Shown here: positions 37,870 to 50,582 of the stretch, one piece after another | Position numbering within the stretch: the stretch's first letter is position 1 | Layout of the letters: each line of letters opens with the position of its first letter | NCBI GenBank assembly: GCA_020137815.1 | Contig: CM035350.1 | Location: 1,674,001-1,738,000, forward strand | Source of the DNA: Hormiphora californensis | Taxonomy: Eukaryota; Animalia; Ctenophora | DNA: 64,000 nt | Direction of reading: 5' to 3' | Notes under the pieces: generated by a model | What the model was told of the DNA's origin: nothing | The model's input: the letters and a program-made list of their open reading frames with translations, nothing else | The model's database searches: none | Position numbers and translations under genes: made by a program

Positions 37870-38470
37870 GATAATTGAGTAGAAGGATTCTTGGATTTTA
37901 AACAATAAAAACATTGACAATAGTATTGTTACCGTATGTTTCATTTGTTTTAATCAATTAGTTAAATTTAGGGAGTTATAGGTATAATTCAGAGGATTCA
38001 CAAGATATTATATGCCTATAATATATTGCATTACATCACGGTTGTGGAAGAATGGATTGGTTAAATATCAATGAATGAGATCTGTTCAGGATTAAATAGG
38101 GAGGAAAATTAGAAAAATATCTGGCGAGGGTCGGGCTCGAACCGACAACCTCTGGGTTTTCCGTCCATTGCTCTACATTGTCCTGAACAGATCTTATTCA
38201 TTGATACATAAATAAGGTATTTATAGAGAACTTCTTGGATTTTAAACACCGGAAGCAATAACAATATTGTTATCGCACGTATCATTTGTTTTAATCAATT
38301 AGTTAAATTTAGGGAGTTATACATAGGTAGAATTCAGAGGGTTCACACGATATTATATGCCTATAATATATTCTATTACATAAATAAGGTATTTATAGAG
38401 AACTTCTTGGATTTTAAACACCGGAAGCAATAACAATAATATTGTTATCGCACGTTTCGTTTGTTTAAAC
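37870..38470. repeat. About 3 imperfect tandem copies of a ~170-180 bp AT-rich unit, one interrupted by an insertion
   Basis: Recurring ttcttggattttaaaca and catttgttttaatcaattagttaaatttagggagttata blocks. Confidence 0.8.
38066..38206 (-). mobile_element. tRNA-derived element with 26-bp terminal inverted arms
   Basis: Minus strand carries a tRNA 3' half with B box GGTTCGAGCCC and ends CGCCA, then the tail gatatttttctaattttcctccctatttaat; arms tatcaatgaatgagatctgttcagga and tcctgaacagatcttattcattgata. Confidence 0.6.
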
Positions 38471-38869
38471 AACTCAAGTTTATCCCCTATTAATACCTAT
38501 TAATATTAATATAATACGTCAACCGTGATTTCATTTCAAGTGTCCAATTTCTCATTTTTATTGGCTCTTTCCCTCTTATCTCTTTCCCCCTCCTTTTATC
38601 TCTCCCATTCTCTCAATCTATGTATCATTACTATATATCTATCTCTACTTGTGCTGAAATTTCTATGTTCCACTAAAATGCGTATACAGATGGTATAGAA
38701 ATGAGAAAATAATGCAGGTAAGGGATTAAAATGTGATAAAGTAAGCGCAATAAAAGATAGAGAGGAACATAAAAAGAAGTTGCGGAGAACTACAACGCTG
38801 TGCAGACAGTTAGTAAGAGGAAGGGAGAGAGGTAGAGGTAGAGAGAGAGAGAGAGAGAGAGGTAGAGAG

Positions 38870-38931
<62 letters not shown>

Positions 38932-40747
38932 AGCGACAAAGGGAGATACTTTATGACGTCATTACGTTGCCTTGTCAACGCTAAGCATTATAAGAGCTCA
39001 ACTGTTTAATTTCTACTGGCACTAAACTGACTTCGCTAAATCTATCATCTCCATCTCTCAGCACTGCCTTCATCTCCCTATCTCTCTTCTTAATCTCCCT
39101 ATCTCTCTTCTTCATTCCAACCCCCATCTCTCTTTTTAATTCTCAATTTCAACCCCCTACCAAATTCTTTCTCAATCCAACTCCCCCTATCCCTTTCGTT
39201 TTCATTTCTCTCCCTATCCTCATTTTTTTTCTCAATCCCAAATTCACCCCTAAATTTTTTCTAATCCAACAAATCCTTCATTCTCCCAATTCCAATTTTT
39301 CAAAAATAGAGATAGAGAGAGAGAGAAATTGAATATCATGCTGTGTGTGGTTAACTGTATGTACGGCCACATCTCTCTTTTTGTTTGTTGCATGCAGTAG
39401 AGGAAGAATCAAGAAAATACTAAATCTTAATCTTAATCTACTACAGAATTATTCTGTGCGCCTAGGGCCAGGAGGGGGAAGAGAGAAATAGAGATAGAGA
39501 TAGAGATCGAGAGGGAGGGAGAGAGAGGGAGAGAGAGGGGCACATTGTGACGTCATTTTCATAGTGTTTATCCCCTAAAAGGTAGGGTACGCTTTTACTG
39601 CGTTCCAATTTTATTTCTCTCTATTTGATCACGTACTCTCACCTTCTCACCAACTCTCTCTGATCTCTCAACAATTCCCTCTCTCTCTCCCTTTCATTAA
39701 TAGTCGTTAAATTGTACGATATGACCATTCGATTGTCTAAAAATGTCTTATTTTTCGTGCACAGTGGCTGAGATGAGAGTCAGATCTTGCCATTTTTGGG
39801 CATTGCAGAAGAAGATAAATAGCGGTGTGAGAGATACATATATTGAAAAAAGGGAATTGGGTGGGGTAGAGATGAGGATAGAGGAAAGATGAGGGTGGGG
39901 GAAAGGAGATGAGGGTTGAGGAAAGGAGATTGAGGAAAGGAGATGAGGGTTGAGGAAAGGAGATTGAGGAAAGGAGATTGAGGAAAGGAGATTGAGGAAA
40001 GGAGATTGAGGAAAGGAGATGGAGGAAAGGTCAAAGGATCAGATAAAGGAAAGGAGATGGAGGGGCACAAAGGATTGACAGCTGAACTTGTTAAAGGGTA
40101 CACGTGATTAATCTGTGCACAGACACAGCTTTAGTGTGTGTGTTGGGAGCACTATACAGTTTTCATCCTCTCTCTCTCTATCTCTCTCTCTCTCTCTCTC
40201 TCCCCCTCTCTCTCTCTCTCTCTCTCTCTCTATCCCACACCCCTCTCTCTTTCGTACTATCGCTTTCTTCACACACACAAACACAAACACCCTGTTTCTC
40301 TTCTATTTACCTACCCGCCACTTACCCATCAATAGTGGTCCTGACTATTATAACTTACCCACCAATAGTGGTCCTGACTATAACTTACCCATCGGTGTTG
40401 GCCGGACGCAGCTCATGACATCTTGTTGTTGTGCTAGGGAATATAGGTGGGTTAGTAATTCATAAGCAATTTAACAACTTAAAACCTAAAAAAATTGTCA
40501 CAGTAGTTCACTTCTTTTGTATATTGGCCCTAAACCTCTACAATAGAGACACATTTTAACAAATTATGACTGCATCTGACTGCATGTTATGGCTGAGTTT
40601 GAACAGACTAGTAGACTACAAAAGAGTAAAAAGATAGCCGGATGTTATTTTCTCTCTATCTCCCCTCTCTCTCCTTCTCTCAGGGTTGATGAAGCTAAAT
40701 TTGCCCAAGACAAACAAGCTTAGGGAACAGCAGTAGTAGCAGCTGCT

Positions 40748-40782
<35 letters not shown>

Positions 40783-41216
40783 CCTTATGGAAACAGCTGG
40801 ATAGGACCCCATTACATGCTCGATCTCGGGACTTTGGAGGAGAGAGAGAGGGACAGAGTGAGAGAGAGAGGGACAGAGTGGGAGAGAGAGGGGGGCAGGC
40901 AGGTTCAGAGATATTTTGGGCTTGGGAGGGTCCTGTCGACTGGCCCCCTCTTAAAAGGACTGGTAAAATGGGAGAGAGGGTTGCTATTGCCTCTCAGAGG
41001 CTATAACATTAGCTATAATAGTGGGGGTATAAGGAAGTAAGGGCTCTCATTATCTCTCCTATCTCTCTCTCCTATTATCCCATGTCCTCAAACGATCACT
41101 ATCCTATCTCTCCTTTGCTAGCTATGTCTCTTTCTCCTCTCCCCCGCTCTCTCCCTCTCCCTCTCTTTCTCTCTCTCTCCCCTCTCTCCCTCTCCCTCTC
41201 TCTTTCTCTCTCTCTC

Positions 41217-41287
<71 letters not shown>

Positions 41288-41769
41288 CTCTCTACCGACA
41301 CTGATGATCCAGGTATATGGGTAAACAAACCACGCGAGGGAGAGCTGCAGAGACGGAAGGTGCAACGACAAAACCAACTGTTCAATGTGGAGGGGGATCG
41401 TGGGAAGCAAATAGCGATTTCTCTACAATTGAGTTAGCCCATGCGGTCGGAACTATTGGAGCTACTTCTATTGGTCGTTACCTCTGTGTAAAGGCGATCA
41501 TCCGCTTTCAAAAGTGGCAGTTCGAAAGAAATTATAAAAAGTGAGGACTCTCAACAAAGTCAGTGGCATCGTTTGTAACTAAGAGTTGCCTTCCACGATT
41601 CTTCTTCAGGAGGTGAATCTTGAGGTAAACTGGGTCAATAGTTTATGGTTCAAGGTATACCGGTCCTCTCCACCGCATCAATGGAACTAGAATTAAGTTG
41701 ACTGATATAAATATCAGTGGGCAGGGGACTCAAAGAGGGAAGGCTAAAGCATGGGATGCGTGTCATGGG

Positions 41770-42221
41770 TTTACCGGGTGTTGGGTAGTTTCCTCTCTAC
41801 CATCCACCCCAATCAGCAAGCAAACAACAACTCAATACTAAGGACCCTGTGCCTACTGTCACTACAAAGACGTCGTGAGAGATACACTTTGATCATGGTC
41901 TGGAAAATATACAATGGTGAATCACCACCAACATGGGCTTTGTGGAGAGCCCCCGTTCTGGACCAACTTGGTCCGACCAAGAGCAATCGTTCCTAGATAC
42001 TCTTATGAAGCTCAACGATCAAATTTCACCATGTTTGAGGGCCCCCCAACTGTGGAACACTCTACCACGACATGTTAAGGAGGCACCTACACTTTCCCAT
42101 TTTAAATCACGCCTGGGTGTCTACCTTTGTTTCATCCCTGATACTCCACCTATTATCGGGTATCCATCTCAATCGAACAACAACTCTATCCTGCAGTGGC
42201 GTCCTGATCATTTCCAATCTT
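41770..42221 (+). mobile_element. Decayed 3' fragment of a CR1/L2-group LINE
   Basis: LSLQRRRERYTLIMVWKI and LWNTLPRHVKEAPTLSHFKSRLG...PDTPPIIGY in shifted frames; similar to the ORF2 C-terminus at 43632. Confidence 0.8.
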
Positions 42222-42435
42222 GAGAATGTTGTTTGTTGCTGAGCTGGTGTGTTATTAATGATTAATGAGAAGGTTTTTTTTAAATATCCTGTGTATTTAC
42301 GCAAATAATTTGAATTGAAAAAAAAAATTGAACTAGAGAGTGGTGTTCCTGATTCGTAAATCGTATCAGTGTGTTATGTTGACTGTTGTGACTTGTGCTG
42401 AGTACTGACCCTTTTTAGGAGGTTTATACTTTATA

Positions 42436-42988
42436 TTTTTTCCCTGCCCGGGTGAATGCCGAAGGCATTCACCCGGATGCCTTTTTACTTTGTAAAAAGG
42501 CATAGCAGGGTTAGAATACGAAAACGACATTTTGGTATACTAACTAATCGGTAGAGGGACATTTTTTGGTCACACTTTCGTTGCGAGGGCAACGGTGTAG
42601 CAACTAGAGCCGCGCACACAGTGACGAGCTACTCCTTCATCAAACACCTCATTGACACAGTTCGATGGACGTGTGTGCGCGCGCCACTCAACAAAACATG
42701 AAATGCTCTGCCGCGTGTTACATACACATTTTCATCTTGCGAGTCGAGTGTGAGATGTTAGATAAGTAGTTAAGTTAGAATGTCAAAAGCTGGTTAGCAA
42801 GTGTCATGTGATTGGGAGTTAGCTAACTCTAAGCTATGTGAGAAGTATACTGACAGCTACATCGTATGCATCTCACATTACATTATGACCAAGCCTTGAT
42901 CCTGTTGGCAGTGACAATGTCACTGACATGTGAAACGGTAGGGCAGGGAAACACAGCATTATGAATACATAATGCAATAATTCTTGTT
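42436..42988 (+). mobile_element. Non-autonomous Helentron-like (HINE/DINE-1 type) element
   Basis: T-run plus subterminal IR tttccctgccc ... gggcagggaaa (42941-42951); 5' hairpin ccgggtgaatgcc-gaa-ggcattcacccgg; 3' hairpin gcattatg-aata-cataatgc; ends CTTGTT. Confidence 0.65.
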
Positions 42989-43249
42989 AAATATTCTGTG
43001 TGTTACGCAAATTTAATGAACCTAATTAAATTCATCAGGTTTCAGGAGTCAGGACAACCGACAAGTAAACTAAACGGTATCAGTTAGAGAATCGATAGCC
43101 CTAACCGATAACCCCAAACCAAACCCTAACCAGACCCTAACGGATAGCCCTAAACCGTTGTGCACGCCAAAACTACGAATTGTTAGCAATGAAAGGCACC
43201 CAGATTTTAACGTTTTCCATCTTAGACAACTAAAATTTAGGAATGGAAT

Positions 43250-43550
43250 ATCTTGTTATCTTGTTATCTTGTTATCGTCTTCGTGTACAAGTTACACAGG
43301 TGCCAGTTCCTCACAGAGCCTCCCCCTCCCTGGAAACTATCCGTATCCAGTCCAAGATTGAATTGTTATTCTGTTTTGGGTATCCGAGTACCGGTGGGCG
43401 ATCCCCAGAAGTACCTTGAACGACGGTAGGTTCTCCGCTAAGTTCACCTCACTGGGTAGTGTGTTCCATAGTCGAGTCGCTCTACAGATGAACGAGTTGT
43501 GGTACTTCGTTGCGACTGACTTTTGAGTGACTGTGGGACAGGTTGGGAAT
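43250..43550 (-). mobile_element. Short 3'-end copy of the adjacent LINE family
   Basis: Close match to ~43590-43890 with an internal deletion; has its own (AAGATAAC)n tail at ~43250-43275. Confidence 0.85.
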
Positions 43551-43631
43551 CCCAACTTGGGATCTCGGATCTCTTGTAATCTTGTAATCTTGTAATCTTC
43601 TTCGTGTACAAACTACACAGGTGTCAGTTCC

Positions 43632-46600
43632 TCACAGAGCCTCCCCCTCCCTGGAAACGATCCGTATCCAGTCCAAGATTGAATTGTTGTTTTGTTTTGG
43701 GTATCCGAGAACCGGTGGGCGATCCGGAAATCTCGTCATCCATTTCCCTAGTAGTACCTTGAACGACGGTAGGTTTTCCGCTAAGTTCACTTCCCTGGGT
43801 AGTGTGTTCCATAGTCGAGTCGCTCTACAGATAAATGAGTTGTGGTACTTCGTCGCGACTGACTTCTGTGTGTTTGTGGGACATGTTGGGACCTCCGCTT
43901 TTTTCCCGAGACGGTTGTTGTTATAAAAGCGGATGCCGATGTTGTTGGGTGCGTTGCCGTTTGCCATCTTCCACATCATTATGATGCTGTAACGTTCTCG
44001 GCGGCGTTGAAGAGAAGTAAAATTCAGCTTTTTCAAACGCTCCCAGTAGTTTAGTTCAGCCATTCCCTTGATCCGTTTGGTGAACTTCCGCTGGATTGCT
44101 TCAACGTCCTGGATGTCAGAGATCTTTGGCGAATCCCATAGTGGACAGCAATATTCCAGTTTACTGCGGACCAGACTTTTGTACAGGATAGTCATAGTTT
44201 TTTCCTCCCTTGTTTTGAAGGCCCTCAATACCCATGCACTTATCTTTCGGGCGTCAGATGTCATTTTTCCTATTTGATGTTCCCAGGATAAATCATCTGA
44301 CAGTTGGACCCCTAAGTCACGGACACAATGTTTTGGTTCAATCTTGAGTCCCTCTGGAGTATAGTACGTTTGGAGGTCTTGGGTGAATGGTAACTGTTTA
44401 AGTAGTTGAGTTTTGTTGAGAGAGTATTGCAAAACCTCAAACTTATCTTCGTTCAGACTCATGTTGTTGGCCTTCGACCAAATTCCCACTTTTGTCAGGT
44501 CCTCTTGGAGTTGGTCATGTGACACTTCCCTTTCAATTCCCTTTATGAGTTTAGTGTCGTCGGCAAGAGTTTTGGTTGTTGAGTGTACAACGGCTGAGTT
44601 TAGGTCCGCAACATATATGATGAAGAGTATTGGCCCGAGTACGGTTCCTTGAGGAACTCCACTAAGCACTTTCTCCAGTGATGAGAGTTTTCCATCCACC
44701 ACGACAGTTTGGTATCTGTCGGTCAGGAAGCATCTGATCCAACTGAGAACTTTTCCGCGGATACCGTAACGTTCTAGCTTTGCCAGGAGAACGCTGATGT
44801 CGACCTTATCAAATGCCTTTGCATAGTCGACATATATAACGTCGACTTCGTTTCCCTCCCTTAGTTCTTTTAGGATTGTATCCACGTGTTCAATCAACTG
44901 GGTGAGACAGCTCCGTTGCTTGCGGAACCCATGCTGAGATTCGGGAAATAGGTTATTCTCCTCGAAGTGTTGGACAAGGTGTTTCTTCATGACACGTTCG
45001 AATGTTTTGATGACATTTGACGTGAGGGAGACGGGGCGGTAATTCGCAGCTTTGGTTCTATCTCCTTTTTTGAAGATGGGTACTACTTGTTGTTTCTTCA
45101 TAGACGGTGGGATGACTTCCTCTTCCATTGATTTGTTCCAGAGGAGCCAAAAAGGGTAGCAAAGCTGTGCTCTGCACTCATAAAGAATCCTAGCCGGGAT
45201 GTCACCGTCCGGTGCCGCTCCATACGGATCAATTTCCTTTAGGGCGGACTGGATATCCTCTGGCGTAAAGTCAAAGTTTTCAGTGACCAGATTTGGTTCC
45301 GACTTAATCCAGGTCAGGCTCTTCTCAGCGTCTACATCAGCAGGGTCGCTGAACACTCCTACATATTGGTTTTGTAGTAGCTGTGCTTTCTCAGCACTGT
45401 CGGTTGTCAGGCTTCCATCCTGTCTCCTCAGTGGTGCGATTGTTGAAGCTGTTTTAGACTTCTTTTTCGCATAAGTGTAGAAGAAACGAGGGTTGATTTT
45501 TATCGTTCCGACTGCGTTTATCTCCTCTTGGTCTAGGTTTTCAAGGATCTTCTCCTTCCTTCTGACAGTTAGGAGGTCCAGTTCCTCATAAAGAGTTTCC
45601 TTACTGAGTGGGTCAAGATCTCCTTCTAGTTTCTTCTTTATTTTTCTTGACTTCCGTTTAAAAGATTCAGATATCCTCTGTGTATGCCGTTTTCCTTTTC
45701 CGTGTTCGGCCTTACCAGGGAGGGTTTCTTCTGCAATTTCACGTACGATTTGGGTTACGTAGGTCTTGAACTGCTCAAGGTCATAAACATCACCATTTTT
45801 GCAGAGCTGGAGTAGTCCATCCCAGTTTATTTCGCACAGTTGTGTTTTCATTGGGAGGTAGTCAACATTATGTATCTTCACTTTTCTGAAGGGGTCATCT
45901 TCAGTTTTAGCGTTAACCACACTGTCCAATGGGTTGTATGCCATGGTACATTCCACTACACGATGGTCAGATATTTTGCTATCTACAGTTGTCACATTTG
46001 CAAAGTATTCAGGGGTGTTTGTGAACACCAGATCCAGGATATTCGTTCCTCTTGTTGGGGTTGTGACAAGTTGTGTAATGAAATTCTCGTTGACGAATTC
46101 AAGAGTTTGGTGGTAAGGGCCAGCCTCTCTTCCTCCTTGGGATGGAAATGTCATTGTTTCCCAATCTATGTTTGGGAGATTGAAGTCTCCGATGATAATA
46201 ATCTCTGGTGTTCGCCCATCATTTTCCTCGATAACCGAGTTGATCTCTGCTTGGAGTTTCGTTAGAGATTCTGCATACGATTTTTCCTCTGTGTCTGGTG
46301 GTCGGTACATACAGGCAAAGAAAAGGTTTTTCTGTTCGGAGAAAGCGGTTACAAGACTTGTCTGGCGGTCACTCCATGAAAATTGTTTTGTAATCGGCAC
46401 GTCTTTGTTGATGTATAACAAGCAACCTCCTCCGACTTTCAATTCTCTATCTGCTCTCAAAGTAACATACCCGGGAATCGATATTTGGGCATCTGATATG
46501 TAACTTTTTAGCCACGTTTCGGTGATACCCACTGCTAAAACAGGTGGTTCGTTTGAGCTCGGGGACATCAGTGTTTCCTGGATGTAGGGGAGTTTCCATT

Positions 46601-46660
46601 TAGTCTCCCCACCAGCTGCCGGTGAGATCGACCTGCAGTTTAGTAGAAGGACCTTTGAGA
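43632..46660 (-). CDS. LINE ORF2 (AP endonuclease plus reverse transcriptase); frame is open from 47264
   Basis: LLLNCRSI, ITETWL, GDFNLP, ILDLVF, SDH (APE); NYRPVSLTS, QHGFR, DYAKAFDKV, SGVPQGTVLGP, LADDTK (RT). Confidence 0.95.
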
Positions 46661-46908
46661 TCGGTGAGTCAGAGGATGGAGTGTCTGTAGCTCTCCTATT
46701 CTCTCTGTTGGTATCATGTAGTCTGGCATAATCCCTGAGTGGTCCATGGTGAAGGGTTTGACCGGAGAGCTTGTATCCCTTTGGATTAGGGCTTTCATCA
46801 GCTGTTGAATCTGTTGACCCTGATATAGGAACCCTTCCTTCATTTCCTTTACCAGGGATTTCAGAAAAACCGATGTTTCGGAGGAATCCCGTCCCTCCGG
46901 GGTGTGGT

Positions 46909-48204
46909 TCAGTGCATCGGTATAGGGATGGGGTGGGTATGGGGACGGGGGCTATTGTCCTCGCTCCTCTGTGTAGTTGTTTCCCTTCCAGTAGTAGGTG
47001 CCACTGGTCGTGTTCCGAGCCGAGTTCCTTCCGTGTGAAAGAACTTACATGTGGTGGGGTTTGGGCAGACCTTCTCTTTAGATTCAGATCCTCTGCAAAG
47101 TTTTGGGTGAAGGAACTCGCATTGTGATCCTTTTTTGCATCCGTTTTTCCCGTACGCTCCCTTCCTAAGCTTTCTGCAAATTTTAGGATGTCTTCCTGGG
47201 CACACCTTTCCACCTCTTTTGATTTTGCCATTGATTCCGTGCTCACATCGTCCATACTGAACAAACACCCTACAGTCAGTTTCGGTAGGCTGGCCCACGG
47301 CTCCGGCTGGTGGTTGGATAGGGGTGATTACTGGAGCTTTGTGTTCATATCGACAGGTCTGTCCGTCTACTTCCTTGGTCCCGTCTGGACCGTGTCGACA
47401 ATTTCCTTTGCGGAAGAAACTACATGGCTTGGAGATCCTTTCAAAGGGGGGTTCCTCTTTTTTCTCCACTGGTTTTGGTTCCCCTTCTTTCTCCACTTGT
47501 TGAGAGGCATCAATCTGGGAGAGGTCGATGGTGTCGGATTGTGAATATTCTCCAGCTGGATCATTCTTTTCATCTTTATGATCTTCTGGGGGGTCTCGTC
47601 CTATTTCGTAGAGGGTCAGTGACTTTCTGAGAGAAAGACTTGTTTTTTCTGCACATTCCAGGCAAAGCCATTTGAAGCCATTGCTTCCTCCAATTTTTGA
47701 GATGGCCTCTCCGAGCTCACTGATAACTTCACAGTCATGGGAGTGACGGTAACATGACCAGCATGTGAAGATGGGTGTCTCTTCAAAATCGGGTTGGTAT
47801 AAGGCGGGACAGTCAGTACACCGAGCCGGGAACAGGCTTTCTATCTTCTTGATGATCCGGTGGCTCAAGGTTTGCCTATTTTTGGCCGGTCTCTTACCAC
47901 CAGAGCTAGAGATATCGGTATCCTGTATTATACCCAGGAAGGCCGCGGCCTCCAAAGCTTCAGGGCGGGAGGATTTACCCAGGTTGGTGATATTGGTTGT
48001 TATACTCGCACCAAATTTGTAGGCTAGGAGCGTTTTTTGAGCGAACGGGTGGGTTTGGGCAGACAACGATACCAGTTTGACGATCACAGCTGCGGCTCGG
48101 TCCTCCATTTCTTTCTTGGAGATCGGCTTATCGGCTGATTTTGGCGCCGGCTTGGTTTCAGGATCCTTTGGGCTATCGATGCCCTCCACTTTGGTGTTTG
48201 ACAT
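46909..48204 (-). CDS. LINE ORF1 with PHD-like finger and CCCH zinc fingers
   Basis: CTDC...CWSC...HDC...CLEC; CSFFRKGNCRHG...CRYEH, CRVFVQYGRCEHG...CPGRH, CKKGSQCEFLH and CKFFH repeats. Confidence 0.85.
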   Translation of the reverse strand: MSNTKVEGIDSPKDPETKPAPKSADKPISKKEMEDRAAAVIVKLVSLSAQTHPFAQKTLLAYKFGASITTNITNLGKSSRPEALEAAAFLGIIQDTDISSSGGKRPAKNRQTLSHRIIKKIESLFPARCTDCPALYQPDFEETPIFTCWSCYRHSHDCEVISELGEAISKIGGSNGFKWLCLECAEKTSLSLRKSLTLYEIGRDPPEDHKDEKNDPAGEYSQSDTIDLSQIDASQQVEKEGEPKPVEKKEEPPFERISKPCSFFRKGNCRHGPDGTKEVDGQTCRYEHKAPVITPIQPPAGAVGQPTETDCRVFVQYGRCEHGINGKIKRGGKVCPGRHPKICRKLRKGAYGKNGCKKGSQCEFLHPKLCRGSESKEKVCPNPTTCKFFHTEGTRLGTRPVAPTTGRETTTQRSEDNSPRPHTHPIPIPMH

Positions 48205-49395
48205 TGTCTACACGGGAAATTTGAGGGAGGGTGCCGCCTCAAATTAATTTGTTTAAAGTAGTGTTGAAAAGTTTTTTCCCGATATTTTAACGTTTGCCTC
48301 CGGGTTCTAGTTTGACATACACTTAAGAACGTCGGCCCCGAGCCTCGAAATGATCGCCGAGTGCTTGGCAAACGCTGCAGCGCGGGATAAGGCAGCGGTT
48401 TTCAAGCCGAGTGCAGACCAAATTTTTAATTTTCACATTTTTTAGGGTTTCTGATTTTAGCTTTTCTCGTTTCGGCCTAAAAGTTGAGTTTTTGCGCACC
48501 GCATATTAAACGCTGCGGCTAAAAATTTGCTACAACGCTGCCAAATTTGTGAAAGCCGCGCGGCAAATCAAGTTTATTTCTCGATCGAGTCGAAAATCTG
48601 AAAATTCAAAATTCGCCGTTTTTCGGTTTTTATTTTTTATTTTTGGCGCGGGCGGTGGGGACTGAGAAAACCTCCCCGTTAGGGCGATTATTAAGGCTTA
48701 GGTTGTCGTAACCTTTTCAGGCTATCAATTAATGTTAATTTTACTTAAATTGACTATGTAGTCCCGTAGCGTAGCCCAGGGACGGCGCTGGGGCGACAGC
48801 CTCGGTCAGTTGGAGTAGCAACAGACGCTTTCCAGACACTCCATGTATAAATTTGATGACATAGCTTTTTTAACTCATTTTAAACAGTAAACTGTAAATA
48901 GTAAATTATACATTAAATTTACCACTTAACTATCAACATTGAATTAATTCACAGAAAAGTAAGGAGCCCTCTCTGCTTTTAGACATACCTGTCGCAATAT
49001 AAGTGTATCAATAACATGTCGTATCAATGCGTCTAACTCAAATTATTCTGAGCAGTGTCTTTCTCAGGCCTTGTTCATATCAGGCACATGAGCACCTTTG
49101 AAATCACGTCTCACGAATCACGATTTTGTTTCGAAAACGCATTACGTTACAAACGACACACATTTTTTTGTGAAATCTGGGACTCTGGGACCAGAAATCT
49201 GGCTGTTATATTCACAATAGATCCTCCAATGTAGCTGATTACTTTTTGAAACATGTTCATTCTGTTGGGCTCTATCCAATTGATAGCCCCCCTCTAAATA
49301 GAATTGTCTGCCAAGGTCTGCCTTCTAATTGAGTTCTGTAATTGTCTAGGCCAGGTGGTATGCTGCACTAGGAGACATGACTTTAGATTGGGACC

Positions 49396-50536
49396 ATGAG
49401 TAAGTTGGCAACATGGCTGAAAAAAGAAAAGGAGACAAACATTCTGAGGCAAGTTAGTGCCCTAAAAACGGATGATCCCCTGGAAAACTGGGAACTGACG
49501 ACAGAGATCGGAGATGGTGCTTTCGGAACCGTATACAAGGTAGGATTATATCATTATTACCCCCCTCATTCCCCGCCTCACTGTTCTACTCTTACAGGCA
49601 CGGCACACCTCGGACCCCTCACTATGTTATTCTTGCAGGCACGGCACACCTCGGACCCCACGTTAGTAGCAGCTGTAAAGAGCATCCCAATATCTGAAGA
49701 TGAAGATGACGAGCAGTACTCAACAGAGCTGCTTGTACTTGCCCAGTGTTCCCATGACAACATTGTTCGTTTACTGGACTGTTACCTTCATAACCAACAA
49801 ATATACGTTAGTGTTACCCTCTCTCACCACACCCCTTGTAGAATATTGCCTTGATCGACCCTCTCTCACTAGTGCACAAAATATTGTAAATGAGGGTTAG
49901 AATATAACATTGTAAAGAAGGGTAAGAACATAGTAACAGCGTTAGTACTAAAATTATACGTACTTATTTAATTTTGGAGTGTTTCTTTCTACCGCCTGAT
50001 TCCCTTTACGGTCAGAACCGTAATACACCGCATGCCGAATATAAGTTGAATATTATATAGAGAAATAGAAGGAGAGAGAGAGACGGAATGAGAGTTTGTA
50101 TTTTATCCGACGACTTGGGATGAAACGGAGAAAAACCGGAACTGTGTTTTCCATCGTACGACTATCTTGTCATTGTACGTGTACCGCTGCATGGCGGGAG
50201 GGCGTGTATGTGACATTTCCAAGTGCAGGGGTAGTTCCCGCCACCATCTAGCTGAGCTAGTTAACGAGTTATTTAAACGGTGCGCCAATTTAATATTCTC
50301 ATATCCCCCGGTAGATAATGCTGGAGTTCTGTGCAGTTGGATCCGTGGAACGGGTCATGGAGGAACTGGATAGACCGCTGGAGGAAGGTGCAATAAGAGT
50401 TATTACTGCACAGGTCCTAGAGGTACAGTTCCATTCTCACTTCCGCTCTTTATATCTCCATTTAACTTTATATCTTTCTTTCTCTCTCACTCCCTCTCTC
50501 TCTCTCTCTATCTCTCTCACTCTCACTCTCTCTCTC

Positions 50537-50582
<46 letters not shown>

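Larger units (their letters stand above)
43572..48842 (-). mobile_element. Near full-length CR1/L2-group LINE
   Basis: ORF1 plus APE-RT ORF2, (AAGATTAC)n 3' tail at ~43572-43600, CpG-rich 5' UTR; 5' limit approximate. Confidence 0.9.

Noticed and set aside
43095-43156. Telomere-like CCCTAA motifs
   Set aside because: Only a few degenerate, interrupted units; not enough for an interstitial telomere call.
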